A stretch of 64,000 bases of DNA, taken from positions 558,001 through 622,000 of the forward strand of contig SMSO01000007.1 in NCBI GenBank assembly GCA_004764695.1, in the 5' to 3' direction. Numbering within the stretch: the first letter of the stretch is position 1; each line of letters begins with the position of its first letter. A program made the translations under genes and the position numbers. Positions 40,756 through 55,623 of this stretch are shown one piece after another. The notes below the pieces were generated by a model. The model worked only from the letters and a program-made list of their open reading frames with translations. It was not told where the DNA came from and searched no databases. This DNA comes from Schizochytrium sp. TIO01 (Eukaryota > Protista > Bigyra: Labyrinthulomycetes).

Positions 40756-43700
40756 ACCCGCCCATGTCGATCCCCTGGCCCCGACTCAGGCCTTGAACTG
40801 CTTACCCCACCTCCGCTCAGCCACTCAATTCCACTCGCGGCGCCACTCCTGAAGAGCCCTCCTCCCCTTCAGAAAGCAAGCGCTACGAAGAAGAAGAGCC
40901 TGCCTCTGCCTGCCTGCCTTGGCTCCTTTGCGAATCGAATCGCCCAGTGGGCCTTATCTGGTTACTACTCCAACAGAAGAAGGAAGCGCGCGACACCGCC
41001 CAACTTCCCAAAGCCCACGCGACCTACAACTACGAAGCACAAGCAAGCGCTCACTTGCTCCTAGCGAGTCCGCTAGCGGCCCCTAGCCGCCTCCTCCTCC
41101 CTCCTCCTCCCTGTCCTCGCTTGCTTCTTGGCCTCCGCCCTGTACTGCCTCGGCCCGGCCCAAGAGCACTCGAGCCACTCGACCCGAGTCGACTCGAGCT
41201 GTGGCGACAAATCCTCAGGTCGCATCGTCCCAAACGAACCTCCAATGTCGTCATTCGGCACTGGCTGCCTCCTGCCTGCCTGCCTGCCTGCTCTCCGTCT
41301 CGGACGAGCACTCTGCCGCGGCGCAGCAGCTTTGGCCTCGTGGCGTACTATGCATGCATGCATTGAAGCATCGATTTAACCACTGCTTCGGCACAGGCGT
41401 TCACGAGCTTGGATTCTCGCATGCCTTGCGCGAGGGAGACGACTTGAACAACTGTGCGAAAGATGACTGAGGCAGAGATCATGCAGGAGGTGGCCATCGC
41501 TAGCTGACTAGAGTCTTTGCGTGCCGAGGAAAGCTTGCAGCAGGCAGAGAGGGATCGTGTCGAGGCAGTTTGCTTTCTGGTGCTTTTCTTGTGGGCTTTG
41601 CTTGTTAGCAGAGAGAGCTCGATCTTGGCTTGCTTGCTTTCATTCATTCAGTCATTCAGTCATTGTCTTTGTCTTTTCTCTCTTTGTTTCGTTGTTTCGT
41701 TCTTTCTTTCTTTCTTTCTTTCTTTCTTTCAGGGCGGCTGTTTTCCAGACGCTTGCAGTCGCTGTGTAGCGCGTCGAAACACGATTCTGGCCTGCTGTAA
41801 TGATCGCGCGATAGAAGGGGAGCGCGTTTTCGGTTCTTTCGTTGATGTGGAATCGACGATCAGAAAGTCTGCTCGTTCTCCCGCTTTCTCTCTTACTCAG
41901 GAATGGACCGTTAGAACAGAAGCATTCAAGTTCAGAGACTTCCTACAAACGCCAACAGATTGCGCGCAGGCATTTCAACTGGACGGGCAGGTAGGTACCC
42001 ATCAACCTAGCTAGCTAGCTAGGTAGTAGGAGCTATTCATACGACATTTGAGTGTCGAGTGTATCTTGTTGCCTTCTGAAGCCAGACATAGTTCTTTCAG
42101 TCTGAGTGAAAGTAAGGAAACCCAAATAAATTAAATACTACATACCTGAACGAAATGAAATGCCCGAAAGGAGTACGAATGCCAGCAGATCATTCACCAC
42201 CTTGACTCGCTTCCGCCACTGTTCTCGTTTATTGTATATATATACGATTTTGTGTATTCAGAACTTCCTGGCGTTCCGAGCGCACTAAATTCCGACACCG
42301 CATACCTCAGTGGCACCACTTCTTGGATACATACATAGATCATCTCGCCCTGCCGAGTGTGTTTGAGTTGTATTCAACAGAAACAAGGCTGCTTGCTGCC
42401 CAGGCTCTGCAGGGCGAGCACGGAGAACGGTACAGAGGAATCTCTCTCAGTGTGTTGTTTCTGTGTTTGTCTGCGTCCGTCTCTGTGCCTGTCTGCATTT
42501 GAGACCATGTCTGAGGCTGCGCTCGACGCGTTTTATAGTTTAGCTTGTTGTTCAGTGTACTGACTCATGGAGATAGATGATTGTCTGTCTGCATCTTTTG
42601 GTGGGCCGGCATACAAAAAAGTTGTTGGGGGGAAGTATGCTGAGGTCAGGACTTGCCGTCGCCAGGCTCGATGTATGGAGTCATTTGGATGGCGCGTCCT
42701 GTATTTTAACAAATGAACCACGTGGCTCGAAAGTTGTAACCTTGACCTTGTCAATTCACACAGCATTTACAATATCCTATCGGTCGAAGGTTTTCTTGAG
42801 AAAATCGTGTGTTTTGCAAAATCCTTTGGTATTACAATCGCCATATGGCTGCATTTGTCTATTCTGGAGAAAACGACAGGAGCAGAAGGGCTTTTTTAAA
42901 GTGCTGGATCTAGGTAGACCTTCGGCAGGAGGGTAGGTATCTAACGGATTTTGGGCTATGCTCCTCTATTACTGGGTTTTCTATGGTCGTTTAGCTGAGT
43001 TTGGGGAGTGCTTCTCTTTCCAAGTGTGCTCTTTCCTAACCAAAATAACGCTTTTCATCGTAACCTATGCCATATTATATAATATGTGATATCAGAACCT
43101 GCCTTTATGAGTTCTTGTGAGACCCAATCAGACCTGGAGTCACAGTGCTGGTTTTATTCATAGTAGATGCGAGAATGATGGCGAGGAGAATTGAGAACCT
43201 TTCATTAAATAATAATAATAATTTGTTTTAAATTAGTGAATTACATTTTAAAAAAAGAAGGAAAAAAAAAAGGCTTTCATCGAGCGAATCAGGAAAACTT
43301 GAGATACTTAGCAGATATTGTCCCCTAACATCATAATGTCTGTTCTACCGAAACATAGTGAACCTTTTGGTTTTAAAGATTCCTCCATTTGTTAAATTGA
43401 AATATATATATAGTATTTCTGTGCATACGGAAATACAAACAAGCCTTCATCAGCAAAACACCTCGTTTTTCTAGCTAGAGTAATGTTCATCTTACAAGGA
43501 ATGACACATGCTTTTTTGTTTTTATTTTATCTCCGCAAATATTTAATAATAATAATAAACATATGCTCTTTCCCCCCCCCCCCCTTTTTAAAATTTAAAA
43601 AAAGTGCATAAAAAATGTTTTTATAAATATTTAAAATATGAAAGCTCTGATTCTTCAAACAATTAAGAAAACAAAGTACTAACCTACAAGTATTGTAACG

Positions 43701-44062
43701 ATAGGAACCAAAGAGAAGAGTGAAAAACGAAACGAAGTAAAAGTGTTTCCAACTTCAATTTTTGTTTGAGTTCATGAATAACCACCAATAAGAATAATTG
43801 AGGAAGCAGAGTGGTTTAGGTAGGCATTACGAGCTGAAGTTAGAGCATGTGATCATCGCCACCATTGCAAACTTCCAAAACGTGACATTCCAGGATTCTC
43901 AGCGCAGAATCAATGGGTTGCTCTCTGTTTCGCTGGACGCATCTCTCGTTTTGAATTAAACGATGAAAAATCATATCATCCATTCGATCAAGGACCAGCT
44001 TCCTCTTCAATCAAGTTACTTCGTAGTACGTTCGCATTTATTCATTTCCCAACAGCAGGCAA

Positions 44063-44133
44063 TCATTCATTCATTCATTCATTCATTCATTCATTCATTC
44101 ATTCATTCATTCATTCATTCATTCATTCATTCA
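44063..44133. repeat. (CATT)n microsatellite
   Basis: Direct reading. Confidence 0.95.
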
Positions 44134-44576
44134 GCCAGCTACACGAGTCACTGGCTAGAGAGTGTTCTCGAGCGAGCTCGCTCGTGTGAAACTTTGTTAC
44201 GCGAGAGCCTATAGCTTTCAAGACGAAAGACTCGTCGGTCCTGAAAGCGCGTCCTTCTTTGGGGCGTCTTTCGTTGCCTTCGCTCCTTTGTTGAGGACCT
44301 TGCTCGCTCGGCGGGGAGGAGTGTTCAGGAAAACAGAGAACACTGGAGAAATCCCTGCAACAAAAATACTGCTCCCCCTTTAAATAGAAACGAACAAACA
44401 GCTGCTCTCGTAAACAATCGACCAAACAAAGCAGAAACCATTTGTACGAAGCTTTTGAAAGAATAAACGAAAGAAAGAAAGAAAGAAAGAAAAGCACTCT
44501 CCCAAAGGTCAAGTGTTTCTGCCACTGCTGAATTTACATGGCCTCACATGCCAAGGCTGACGTGCGGACGACGATC

Positions 44577-44657
44577 TGCCAATCCATCTATTTGCCAATC
44601 CATCTATTTGCCAATCCATCTATTTGCCAATCTATCCATTTGCCAGTCTATCCATTG
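44577..44657. repeat. 16-bp minisatellite TGCCAATCCATCTATT, ~5 copies
   Basis: Three exact and two diverged units. Confidence 0.9.
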
Positions 44658-45415
44658 GCTTGGCCTGTCTTGTGTGACAGAAATAGGCGAGTGAGTGGCT
44701 AAGAGGGAGAGAGAGGGAGAAGCGCCGCGTCCTTCAAAGCTGCGCTGGTGTTTTTTTCTCTACATAAAGTTTCACTGTTTGGCAAAAGGAAGAGAGGAAA
44801 AGAGGAAAGAAGAAGGCAGCTTTCAGGGAAGCGTGTTTCGTTTCTTAAATTGAAATCACGAGACTGTCCTCGTTTCCAGTTCCAACACGCCCAGTTATTG
44901 TAGAGGGGAGAGGATGCAGGTAAACCCCCTCCTTCACGAAGAACAGAACGCGCGCATGGCGAAGTTGCAAAGGGGCTTTTTTAAATTGCTTCCCCATGGT
45001 GACAACGCGAGCAATAAAGAAACTAAGAGCGAAAGAAGCGAAGCATTCATTTATTGTCTCCAGAAACTTAGTTCGAAGTACTTCTCTGTTGTCGACCCAA
45101 ATGAACCACCAAAGGCCTCCTCAGAGAGGTCGGTCTCCTCAGAGAGGTTGGAGGCCATGCGCTATTGCTTTTGCGCCAATCTCTCCCTCACTGCTGCAAC
45201 CACTTCGTTCTGATAAAACAGCGCCCCTCATTTTGCTTTTTGTTTGTTGTTGGCGTCGCCGCTTTCCCTTCGATTTGATTCGATTGATCCGACTCCGACG
45301 GTTTTCTGGATTCGCTCGAAGGAAAGAATCTCTACTGTTTCATGCCGCTTCGACGCCCGCCTTGTTCGTCTTCTTCTTTTTCTTCTCCAGACTCAGCAGT
45401 CGTCAGCATCTGCAA

Positions 45416-45593
45416 AATGAAAGAATGAAAGAATGAAAGAGTGAAAGCATGAAAGAATGAAAGAATGAAAGAATGAAAGAATGAAAGAATGAAAGCATGA
45501 AAGAATGAAAGAATGAAAGAATGAAAGAATGAAAGAATGAAAGAATGAAAGAATGAAAGAATTAAAGAATTAAAGAATTAAAGAATGAAAGAA
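45416..45593. repeat. (GAATGAAA)n 8-bp tandem repeat
   Basis: Direct reading, with GCAT/GAGT/AATT variants. Confidence 0.95.
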
Positions 45594-46030
45594 CTCGCCT
45601 TTTTTGCTTCATTATCGCGGTATCTATGATGGAACAACCGCACTCACGTTCTTGAAAGGGCTGCTTCCAAGTTACCCACCCAGCTTTCGCTCGAACCCAT
45701 TACACAAATGAACTGACTGATTACTTCGGAATCCTCGCAGTTCGCGCGACAGACAGACAGACAGCAGAGCACAGCAGACAGACAGAGCACAGCACAGATA
45801 TGCCTCTGGGGCGTGAGGAGCAGCAGCCGTCGCATTGCCTAGCTAGCTAGCTCTCCCCGGTGCGAAACGCCAGCAAGAAGCAAGAAGGCGATGCTCTCTC
45901 TGTCTGCCCAAACGCCAACGCGATGACGATGCAATGACACGCTCTGATTTCGCCGCCATCCGAGTTCTCCCGTCTCTATAACGCCGCCGCTCTCGAGAGA
46001 AGAGACATACGACACACCAACAAACCCCTC

Positions 46031-46181
<151 letters not shown>

Positions 46182-49100
46182 CTATCTCAGTATCTGACTC
46201 ATGTCAGCTGTAGCGGCTGATTCCATTCCTGTGCTTTCCTGGAATCTCTTTCTTTCTAGTTCTTTCTTTCTAGTTCTGTTCTTTCTTTCTAGTAGAGTAG
46301 AGTAGAGTTCTTTCTTTCTTTCTGGCACGAAGGAGCGCAGCTTTGTTCTGTTCGAGCAGAGCTGTCCGTCTTCAGGCCCACGACTGCGCAGTTCGTGCTC
46401 CCAATTACGCGCAACACCCGTCCACCCGTGCTCAGGTGCACCACACCCGTGTTCAGGCACAGCACAGCCGTGGCTTGTGCACGGAGTGCTGGGGCTTAGA
46501 GCATGGATTGGATTGCTCTCCGCTGGCGATGGCTGGGTCCACTGTTTCTACACGAGAGCTGTGAGCTTGCTTCTTGGGCAGGGGGAGTCGCGGGGCTCGC
46601 CAGCTCCAGAGCCAGGGCCAGGGCCATGAGTGAGCGAGGGCCGAGGCATGCGCGGCCGGGCCAGCCGCTCGCTCGTGCCCTGGCTCAGTCGGTCCTTTGT
46701 GCTTCAATGTCTCTATTCATTGGTTCTCTTGGTTGAGAATGGTTTATTTGGCGGTGTTTTTATATGTATTTAAAAGTTATTTTTGAAAATTACAAAACAA
46801 ATATTTTTCATTTTCAATTTAATAGGCAATTTAAAAAAAAAAAAAAGTAAAAGAAAAAAAGTAAAAGTAAATAAACAAATAAATAAACAAATAAATAAAA
46901 GTGAACATGAAAATAGATCGGCAGACGAAAAGGAGACGGACTGCTAAACCTCTAGCTAGAGTGAGAGGGCTCGGTCCACAACAATAAACAGTAGGCGGGC
47001 AGAGAGATAGAAAAACGCTGCCGCTTTAGACCAGCATCCACGAGAACACTCGAAGCGCCGACACTGTTCGTGGTCTTTTTTCTTTGGGGTTTTTCGCTCT
47101 ACTTTCTTTTCTCTACGGCTTTCCGGATCGATCGTGTTATAAATATTATATATATATATATATATAAACGGGTTGGCTGAATGGCCCTTCTTTCTCTGTC
47201 GAAGGTTGAAAATAACCATGAGCAATAGCTTCTCTTGAACATGATGAGCGCGCCTCATTCTAACCTTGAGCACATCTGCATGTTGCTGTGTTCGTGGGCA
47301 GTGCGTGAAAGCTCTCGAGCTGAAGATGATGCGAACCTGGCCAAGGAAGCCTCAGCAGCCCCCGTAACGCTGCAATGAGGTGCTGTGCTTAGTTCCTACG
47401 ATCCGCTCCGAGGAATCTCGAGAGGCTTTGGCTTCGAGTTTGGAGAAGAGGAAGAAAAAAATAAATGGCCATGATGTGACATGATGCTATAAAATATCTC
47501 TGTTCAAAGTATTAAAAAAAAAAAAAATGGGAGGGACCCATGAATGAAGAATTAATTTCATCAGATCTGAACGGCCAAACAAAGCTAAGAATTGGAAACG
47601 CAACGAATTAGAAAAATTGAATTAAAAAAATAAAAACAAAACCTTAACATGGAATAACTAGAATATATATAACTAATTAATGAAATGAAGAAATAAATGA
47701 ATTATTTTCAATTAATTAATGAAATGAAGAAAGAAATAAATAAATATGAATTAATTAATTATAATTAACCAATGAAATGAACAAAGAAATCGAGAAATGA
47801 ATTAATGAATTAATTAATCAAATGAAGAAATAAATGAATTACTTTTAATTAATGAATTAACTATAATGAATTAATAACTCGATAAATAGCATGCGGAGCC
47901 TGGCAATCTCTCTGCTATGACAAGTCTGAGTGAGGTCAGTTTGAGTAGTTCTTATACATAAATAACTAGATTGTGTCTCCGTATTTATTGTTACTCTACT
48001 TACGTAGATGGCGAATTAAAAAAAAAAAAACAGATCGTTTGTGAAAGCCTGCGCCGTATAAGGAAGGGTACCTTTTCTATTTCTTGAATCATTCCTTAGG
48101 CTAATTTCTTATTCTCTACAATCTGCTCCAGCAGCGAAAAAAAAAGAATGATGTTTTCTTGTTTGTTTCTTGGTTTCTTTCTCGAGATAACCACAACTTT
48201 TGAAGTTAGTAGGTACCTTCCTTCCTTCCTACATACCTACGTAACCATAAATTACAACACAGTGTGTCGTAGGTAATCAAGCGCTCTGCAAAGCCCCTTC
48301 AAGAACTAGTTTGATTGAAAAAGATAAACTTTCGCTGTGAGAGTGCTAAGCAATTATTCATCACGTAGGCATTTCAACTTGTTGGCTTGCTTTCCCTGGC
48401 GATCACGTTTTTCGCCAGAACTGTCTGTTTTCTTATTATACCGAGTCGTTTTCCCCAACACTGCCAAAGGTGAGGCAGACGCCAGCAGCCTCGCAACCCT
48501 CATTTTCGGCTGTCTTGTTGTGGCTTACGGGCCTTCTCTGCCAGTGTGAGTCTTCTCTGCCACTAAGAGTGAATGAATGAGACATGAGCAGCCTTGCTTG
48601 CTTCTTGCAAAGTCGATGCGAACCTCGATTCAAAAAAACGAAGATTTGAGGAGCAAAATCCATAGCTTTGGAAGAAAACCAGTAATGACGAGAGAGAGAG
48701 AGAGTAAGCTTGCCTGCTGTCGCATCAGACAGTCTGCCATTCCTGCCGTTGTTGTTGTTGTTGTTGTTGTTGTTTCTTCATCGGTTTATTCCATCGCCAA
48801 AAGAGAGAAGGGTTGTTGAAGAAGAACTTGGCTCCCGAGTACTGCCTCTTCGAATCTTTCGTTTCTGGCCATCACATTCGATCCAGAAGATGTGTAAGAC
48901 TTTGTTGAAAACGCGCGTGACATGTTTATGATCATGATTTTGCTGGGTCTTATTGTCCTTCCGAGCACTTGAGTAGGGATACTCTTTTTTTTTCTTTTTC
49001 TTTTTTTTTCTTCCTTTTTTTTTTTCAGAATTCTCAATATGCGTTTCTTTCTTCTTTGGACGAGTCAGGCAGATAGAAATTGCCAAAGCCCAGGGGACTT

Positions 49101-51117
49101 TGCATCTCCTTCCCAGATGATAATAGAAAGGATGTCATTTGATCAAACAAAGTTATAAGCTTTTGAAGGTTATGTTTTAGAGATTATTCTTGTAGCTCTA
49201 GCTAGAGATGAGATACCTTTCTATTTCTCCTCGCCAAGTACGATAAATAGTTTGGATAATATAAACAGCTCTTCCAATGTTTTCGTACATGTATGTATTC
49301 ATTATTTTCACATCCAAACAAAGGAAAGTCTCACAACTGATCTGGCCTTTTTTTTTTTTTTTTTTTTTTTAAATTTTATTAACAATTTATTATTATTATT
49401 ATTAAAATAGTTTACTCTTTCATTCAAACATCATAGTGGAAGCAAATAAGAATGAAACAAACAAACCGACCTTTTCCAAATACATGTTTCAAGTCATAAC
49501 TTACTTTTTACTTTTCATAGAAGCAAAGAAGAAAAGAACCAAAGAAGGAGTAGAAAAAAAGAAAAGAAAGGAAAAGAAAAGAAGAGGGAAAATCCTCTGT
49601 AGTTCTCTTCTCCTAAACAGAATCTATACCTACATACGTACCGCCTGATCAATGAAGACAAAGAAAACGAAGTTGCTCCTTCTTCTCCTTCCTTTCCCTG
49701 CGCCGCCAAAAGCCGAAGAGGCCTTCTCCTCATGTCATGTCCTTTTCTGACACCTTCGCCACAGAGAGAGGGCCGTATCCCTCCCTACCGTAGCTAGTAG
49801 CTGTGAACTGACACTTTCTTTCACTTTGGGGAAGTGGCTTTCTAACAGGATGACGCACTATCTTCCTTAAATAAGCAAGGTTGGCTTAAGAAAGTTTTAT
49901 CTTTCGTCTTGGCGAAATGGCCTGGGCGTGCCCCTAGGATGTCATAACCTACCCCTACTGGGACGAACGATTGTGCCATGGCATGTCGCTTCCCAGTCAC
50001 CTCAATCGCGTCCGACTGAAGGAAGCAACAAGCACACAAGCAACCGGCTGCTTCTTGCCTCTACGCGGAGTGCTAGGGCCCTCCTACGGACTCCGCTACT
50101 CAAAGCTCGTTTGCTGGCACTGGGGCGTCTCGAATTGGCAATCTAGGTTGGTTATTCATTTGTTCTCCATGAGTGAGTGAGAGCTCTTTCTGCACAAGCT
50201 CCTCCTCGTGCACAACACAACAGTCCTTTCTCTCTCTATCTCTCTCTCTCTGTTTGTCTGTCTGTCTGTCTGTCTGTGTATTTGTTCATTTATTTCTTAT
50301 CAGTTTAGATTTTTGATCAGTATTCGCTCATATCGCAGATAGGCCATGTATGGGAGAGAGGTCGTTTGCATAATGAACACCGAGGTGTTTATGAGACTGA
50401 CTGTCAAGGGCAGGGCAATTTCCTTCTGTACTATAAGAAGTAAGTTATCTCTGGCTCAATGAGAGGTTGGTTGCTTGCGCTTTTATGGCTAATTAAAATC
50501 TTATTACGTCTCACAGCCTACTGAGAGTGGCGGAAACTCCAGTTTCGGTTGCTTGGATGGACCAATTCAAACAAATCAACCAGTAGCAGGTGGCTAGCTA
50601 GCTATAGGAATGGGAAGGAAGCGAGTAGAAAAATAAGTCACTCTCATTAGTCAGACGCCACTACTGGGTACGTAGGTACTTAGCACTCATATCGACTCTT
50701 GAAGAAGAAAATTACTTTTTCCTTCTATTCTTGTTTTAGTTCAAGTAAGAAAACCTGTTTTTTTAAAGGAGGACTACAGCAGGATTACCCCAGGGAGGCA
50801 TTACACCAGGGAGGCACGAGACTTATTACCGGTTAGTAAAGTAATTTGTAGGACAAGAAGAGAAAGCCACAAACAAGTACAAACAAATATAACTCAACAG
50901 ATAATTTTCATAGGAAAAACAGGAATTCAAAAGCAGCCTCTTCTTATGACCATATACATACATATTTATTACTAGTGGGCTAATGGTGATCAGGAGGAAG
51001 TTCATGAACTTTGGTTTTTAAGTATTGATCTCTTTTTACTTTCAATAAAATAAAATAGTACAAACAAACAAGAAGATGCTGCTTCGAGTCGAGCTTGTGG
51101 CTTCGTTCAACCTTCAA

Positions 51118-51241
51118 CAACAAACAAACAAACAAACAAACAAACAAACAAACAAACAAACCAACCAACCAACCAACCAACCAACCAACCAACAAACAAA
51201 CAAACAAACAAACAAACAAACAAACAAACAAACAAACAAAC
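51118..51241. repeat. Compound (AAAC)n(AACC)n(AAAC)n microsatellite
   Basis: Direct reading. Confidence 0.95.
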
Positions 51242-52402
51242 ATGAAAAAGTTGAACTTTTCTCGATTACTTTGCCATGATTGCTTGTAGGTAGTGGAGAC
51301 AGCTCTAGCTGGCGCTTCCCTTCCAAGAATTCGTTCCCTCCGAATCACCCTCACCCAAGCCCTGCCTGAGGGTTGCGGTGCACTCTCTCACTCGCTCACT
51401 CACTCACTCACTCACTCACTCAAAATCAATCAATCAATTAATCACTATTTCCGCTTTCGTGGTGCCTTCGCCATATGACGAATCGCCCATTCACGGGTCA
51501 ACCCTCATGAGGACTTCCTTCTTCTTCTTTGTCCTCTTTTGTCTTCTTCTTAGTCTTCTTCTTCTTTGTCTTAGTCTCTTCTTAGTCTCTTCTTAGTCTT
51601 CTTCTCGAGATCGTCCTTGCAGTGAGTGACTTGTGGCCAGCTAGCTAGCTTGCCTCTGCCCTCCCTGGCCCTGGCTGCTGAGAGTGCGCTAGGCTCCTTC
51701 ACGGAGTGAGTGCGGGTGTCGTCGTAAGCCCGCCGGATATGGAGCGACGCCAGCGTCGACTTGGCTTAGTTCTTTGGCTCTCTGCCGACGTTGGCGAAGT
51801 CAAACTGGAGCCTTCTGACAAGAAGACAAGAAAGAAGAGGCGCCAACCATAGATAGATCTATAGATATCATCAATCCATAAGGGCCCAAAACCCAAAGAC
51901 AGAGCTCGCTCTCTGCTCTGCTAGGAGTATCTAGGTCGGTGGCTAAGCCCGCCGTGCCCTGGCTAGGAACTGCCTGCCCTAGGAACCGCTAGGATGGGCT
52001 TAGGATGAGGAAGCAGCAGCAGTCGCATGATAGTTTTGCGGAGGAGAGGCCGATTAGGAGAATGGATCGATGAATCAATCAATCAATTGTCGGCGAGTCA
52101 ATCCGTTGCTCTTTGCTCTTGTGATGGATGGATGGATCGATCGATCGATCATGAGTCGGGGAGGGAGCAGAGCGCGATGCCGTGGAGGGAGGCACCGTCT
52201 GCTGTCGCTGCAGCAGAGGGGATGGACGGCCAAGGCGGCTCGGCGCCCCACTCGCTCGAAGTACCTCTGCTCGTGCATGCATGGTATATACTCACTCTCT
52301 CTGACTGCTGCTGCTTTTGCTGCTGCAAGTTCGCAAAACTGGTCTCCACAGTTTTGTCGTTGGTTGGCAGAGTTGACTTGCTTGCCTAAGGCAACGTACT
52401 TT

Positions 52403-52481
<79 letters not shown>

Positions 52482-52640
52482 CTTCGATAGTTGACTAGTT
52501 AGCTAGTTAGTTACTTTGCTAGTGGTTCGTTAGCTAGTTTAGTCAGTCATTGTTAGTCAGTCATTGTTAGTTAGTTATAGTTAGTTAGTTAGTTAGTTAT
52601 AGTTAGTTAGTTATAGTTAGTTAGCTATAGTTAGTAAGTC
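52403..52640. repeat. (TTAG)n microsatellite, perfect to 52481 then degenerate
   Basis: Direct reading. Confidence 0.93.
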
Positions 52641-55483
52641 AGTTGGCCAGCTAGCAACATCTATCCACTTATCTGAAGTAAGTAAGTAGCCTCTAGCTAG
52701 AGATCACATGAAGTTGAAGCTGGCGATGCACGGACTTCCAAGTCGAGTCGAACAGAGACAACACAAAGAGGCCTCTGGTAGAAAGTGGCTAGTCGATATA
52801 GGTAAGGAGACAGTAATCCATAGATGTACTGCTGAGAGTGGGCAAAAGGTCTGTCGCAAGCAGTACCTGGAATGTGGCTACCCCCTAGCTAGCAGCAACG
52901 CTACAACAGGCCCTGATGCGGCGCTGTGAAATGAAGGCAAAGAACGCCAGCATAGCAGAAGATGTGAGCTGAGCTGATGTGATGCCTTGTTGAATGTGTA
53001 GTCGGAACAGGGTTCCAATAATTTGCCTACAACCTCAAAAAGCCAGTAAGTGCATGCACATCGACCATCGGTGGGGAGAGCAGAGGAGGATGGAGAACTA
53101 AGGAGTTTATTGCAATGCGTTCGTTCTGTTGTCAACAGCAAGATTGAGAAGGGGCAACAGCTACACAAGCCGCCGCCTCAGCATGATGTTGTGTATCTAA
53201 TAGGACGCAAAACCAATACCAACGCTGTGAAGTGTGACGAGTTGCCTCTTTTTGTAGATACGAACAGTCAGGTACCCTCGCTTTTTAAAATAAAAATTGC
53301 GGCTAAAAGTAGCAATAGAACAGGATTTTTACTAGTTTTAACTACCAGAACAAGAGAATAATAGAATGGGAAATAGCACAAGTGATGGCCAATACATATT
53401 ATATCTTTTTAACAACACGAGTAGAGAGTAAAATTAATTTTTGAATAACTCTAAACTAAACAAAACTAGACTAAACTAGACTAGACTAGACTAAACTAAA
53501 CTAAACTAAACTAAACTAACCCCCATCATCATCCCCCCTGCGCGTGCGCGACTACTAATGGGATGACTTGCCTTTTTTTCTATGTATAAACATTAACTGC
53601 CACCTCCAAATCAACGCATCGTAAGTAAGGAAGTACAACTCTAAATTAGGACCTTGCAAAGTAAGTTAAATCTTGTCATATAGCTCACACGTCTGAAAAG
53701 CACAGTGTTACATCTGCTAAAAAGAGTTTGATTTTATCATCATCAGCAGCAGATACCAAGATATAATCTGAAGTACCTAAAAAACTTAAGAATAGAAAGT
53801 GTGCTTCAGAACGAAATTTTTAGGTTTTGTTTCGGGTCGTCACTCTTTAATTGTTCTTCTCTTTGGAATTTTAATTAATGACGCCTATGCGTAGGTTCCA
53901 ACCTTCCGATCCCTGCTACGAATCTCACTTGAATCCCTGCAACTTGTAAAGTTATTAGTATCAGTGTTGTGAAGCGGCACCAGGTTCTGCCTCACGCAAA
54001 GCTATTGTCTTGCACTCCCTTTTTCTCGTCGGTTCGTTGTTGCACTACCCGTCTCTGATCTTGATGCGTATTTCCAGGATTCTGAATAATCAAATTACCA
54101 CTAAACTAGTCAGGGAGAAGTCCCATTTGCTATCGTCAACTTCTGCTCTGTATCAATAATAAAATTACGATTTTATACTTCTCCAGGTAAACAATCATAT
54201 CAAAGTTCAGAGAAACATCTATAACTAAGTTGCTTCTTTAAATTTCTCAGAAAGAAAGCTGACCTATCGCTTTACTTCTTCCAGAAGTAATTTCTTTCAT
54301 TTCTTCAACTAATATTGAAAAACATTTTCCCTTTACCTTCCCCGAAAGAAGTACTTTATATTAAAAAAAAAAAAAAAATAAAGAACTTCTTTCTAGACAA
54401 AGTTGTTTAATTTATTCAACACGATATGATTTGATGATTTGGATTTATAATATAATAAAATAAAATATTATATAATATAATACCAAATTAAAGAAGTTAG
54501 AATTAATTTAAAATTAACTTATTATTTAACAATTATAAAACTAAATCGTCAAATTTCTTCTTTCTCTCATTGAGGTGTAGTGAACCACCCAAAAGGCAGG
54601 CAGTTAAGCATGGACGACAGGTCCTGGCGCATTTCGGAATCGAAAATTGGAACGACCAGTAAACACGAAGATTGTGCAGTAACGATCCACGAAGAAGAAG
54701 AGAAGAGAACGCGAGCAAAGGTGGTGGTGGATGGCTGATCTGATGAGCGGCGAGAGTGCTCGGAATCTTGTTTGGCACTCGCTCACTCGCTCGCTTAAGC
54801 ACTCACTCACTCACTCCCTCCCTCTCTCACTCACTCACTCCTCCACACGTCCTCACCGCCACAGAAAGCACTTCAACAAGCAAGCGAGCAAGCAGGCAAG
54901 CAAGCAAGCAAGCAAATGGCCGCCTAAGCCGCCGGTTCACGCATCGGAGTTTTTCTCAGAGTTAACAGGCTTTCGGATGCGCTCCCGCGCGATTGCCATG
55001 CACAGAGCGCAGCAGCACAAGAGATGCATGCGGCCTTTGCGATCCATTGCCATCCATCATTGCCAGCCACGCTGGTGAATCACCATCCATCATCATCGAC
55101 GCAGTTCGCTGTCTGCAAAATACGCTCGAAATCGACGGAACGGTTTCCATGAAACTAACCTATGTCCGCCCACCCACCTACCCATCAGCTGCAGCTGCTA
55201 TGATGAAATGATGGATGATGATAAGATAGCAGACTAATTTGATTTCTAGTTGGCCTCTTCTTCTCCTTCCCTTCCTCTGCCTCACGAAAAGCTGCAAAGC
55301 CAGGGGCCCTGCATGCTACTCTGCCTTTCTGCCTGAATGTGAAGCCTCAAGTTAGCTCCTTTCGTACTGCACGCCAACACACACGGTCCGCTTCTTTCTC
55401 TGTTTCATTCTTTGTTTGTTTCTCCTTAGCTCTTTAGATAGAGAGAGAGTAGAAACCATTGCTGCCAAAGCTGCAACAGATCG

Positions 55484-55553
55484 ATCAATCACTCAATCAA
55501 TCAATCAATCAATAGATAGATAGATAGATAGATAGATGGATAGATTGCGATAA

Positions 55554-55622
<69 letters not shown>
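55484..55622. repeat. Compound (TCAA)n(TAGA)n(GCTT)n microsatellite
   Basis: Direct reading. Confidence 0.93.

Positions 55623-55623
<1 letters not shown>

Noticed and set aside
52403-52640. (TTAG)n as an interstitial telomere
   Set aside because: Lacks the G-run of telomeric repeats; one of many tetranucleotide microsatellites here.
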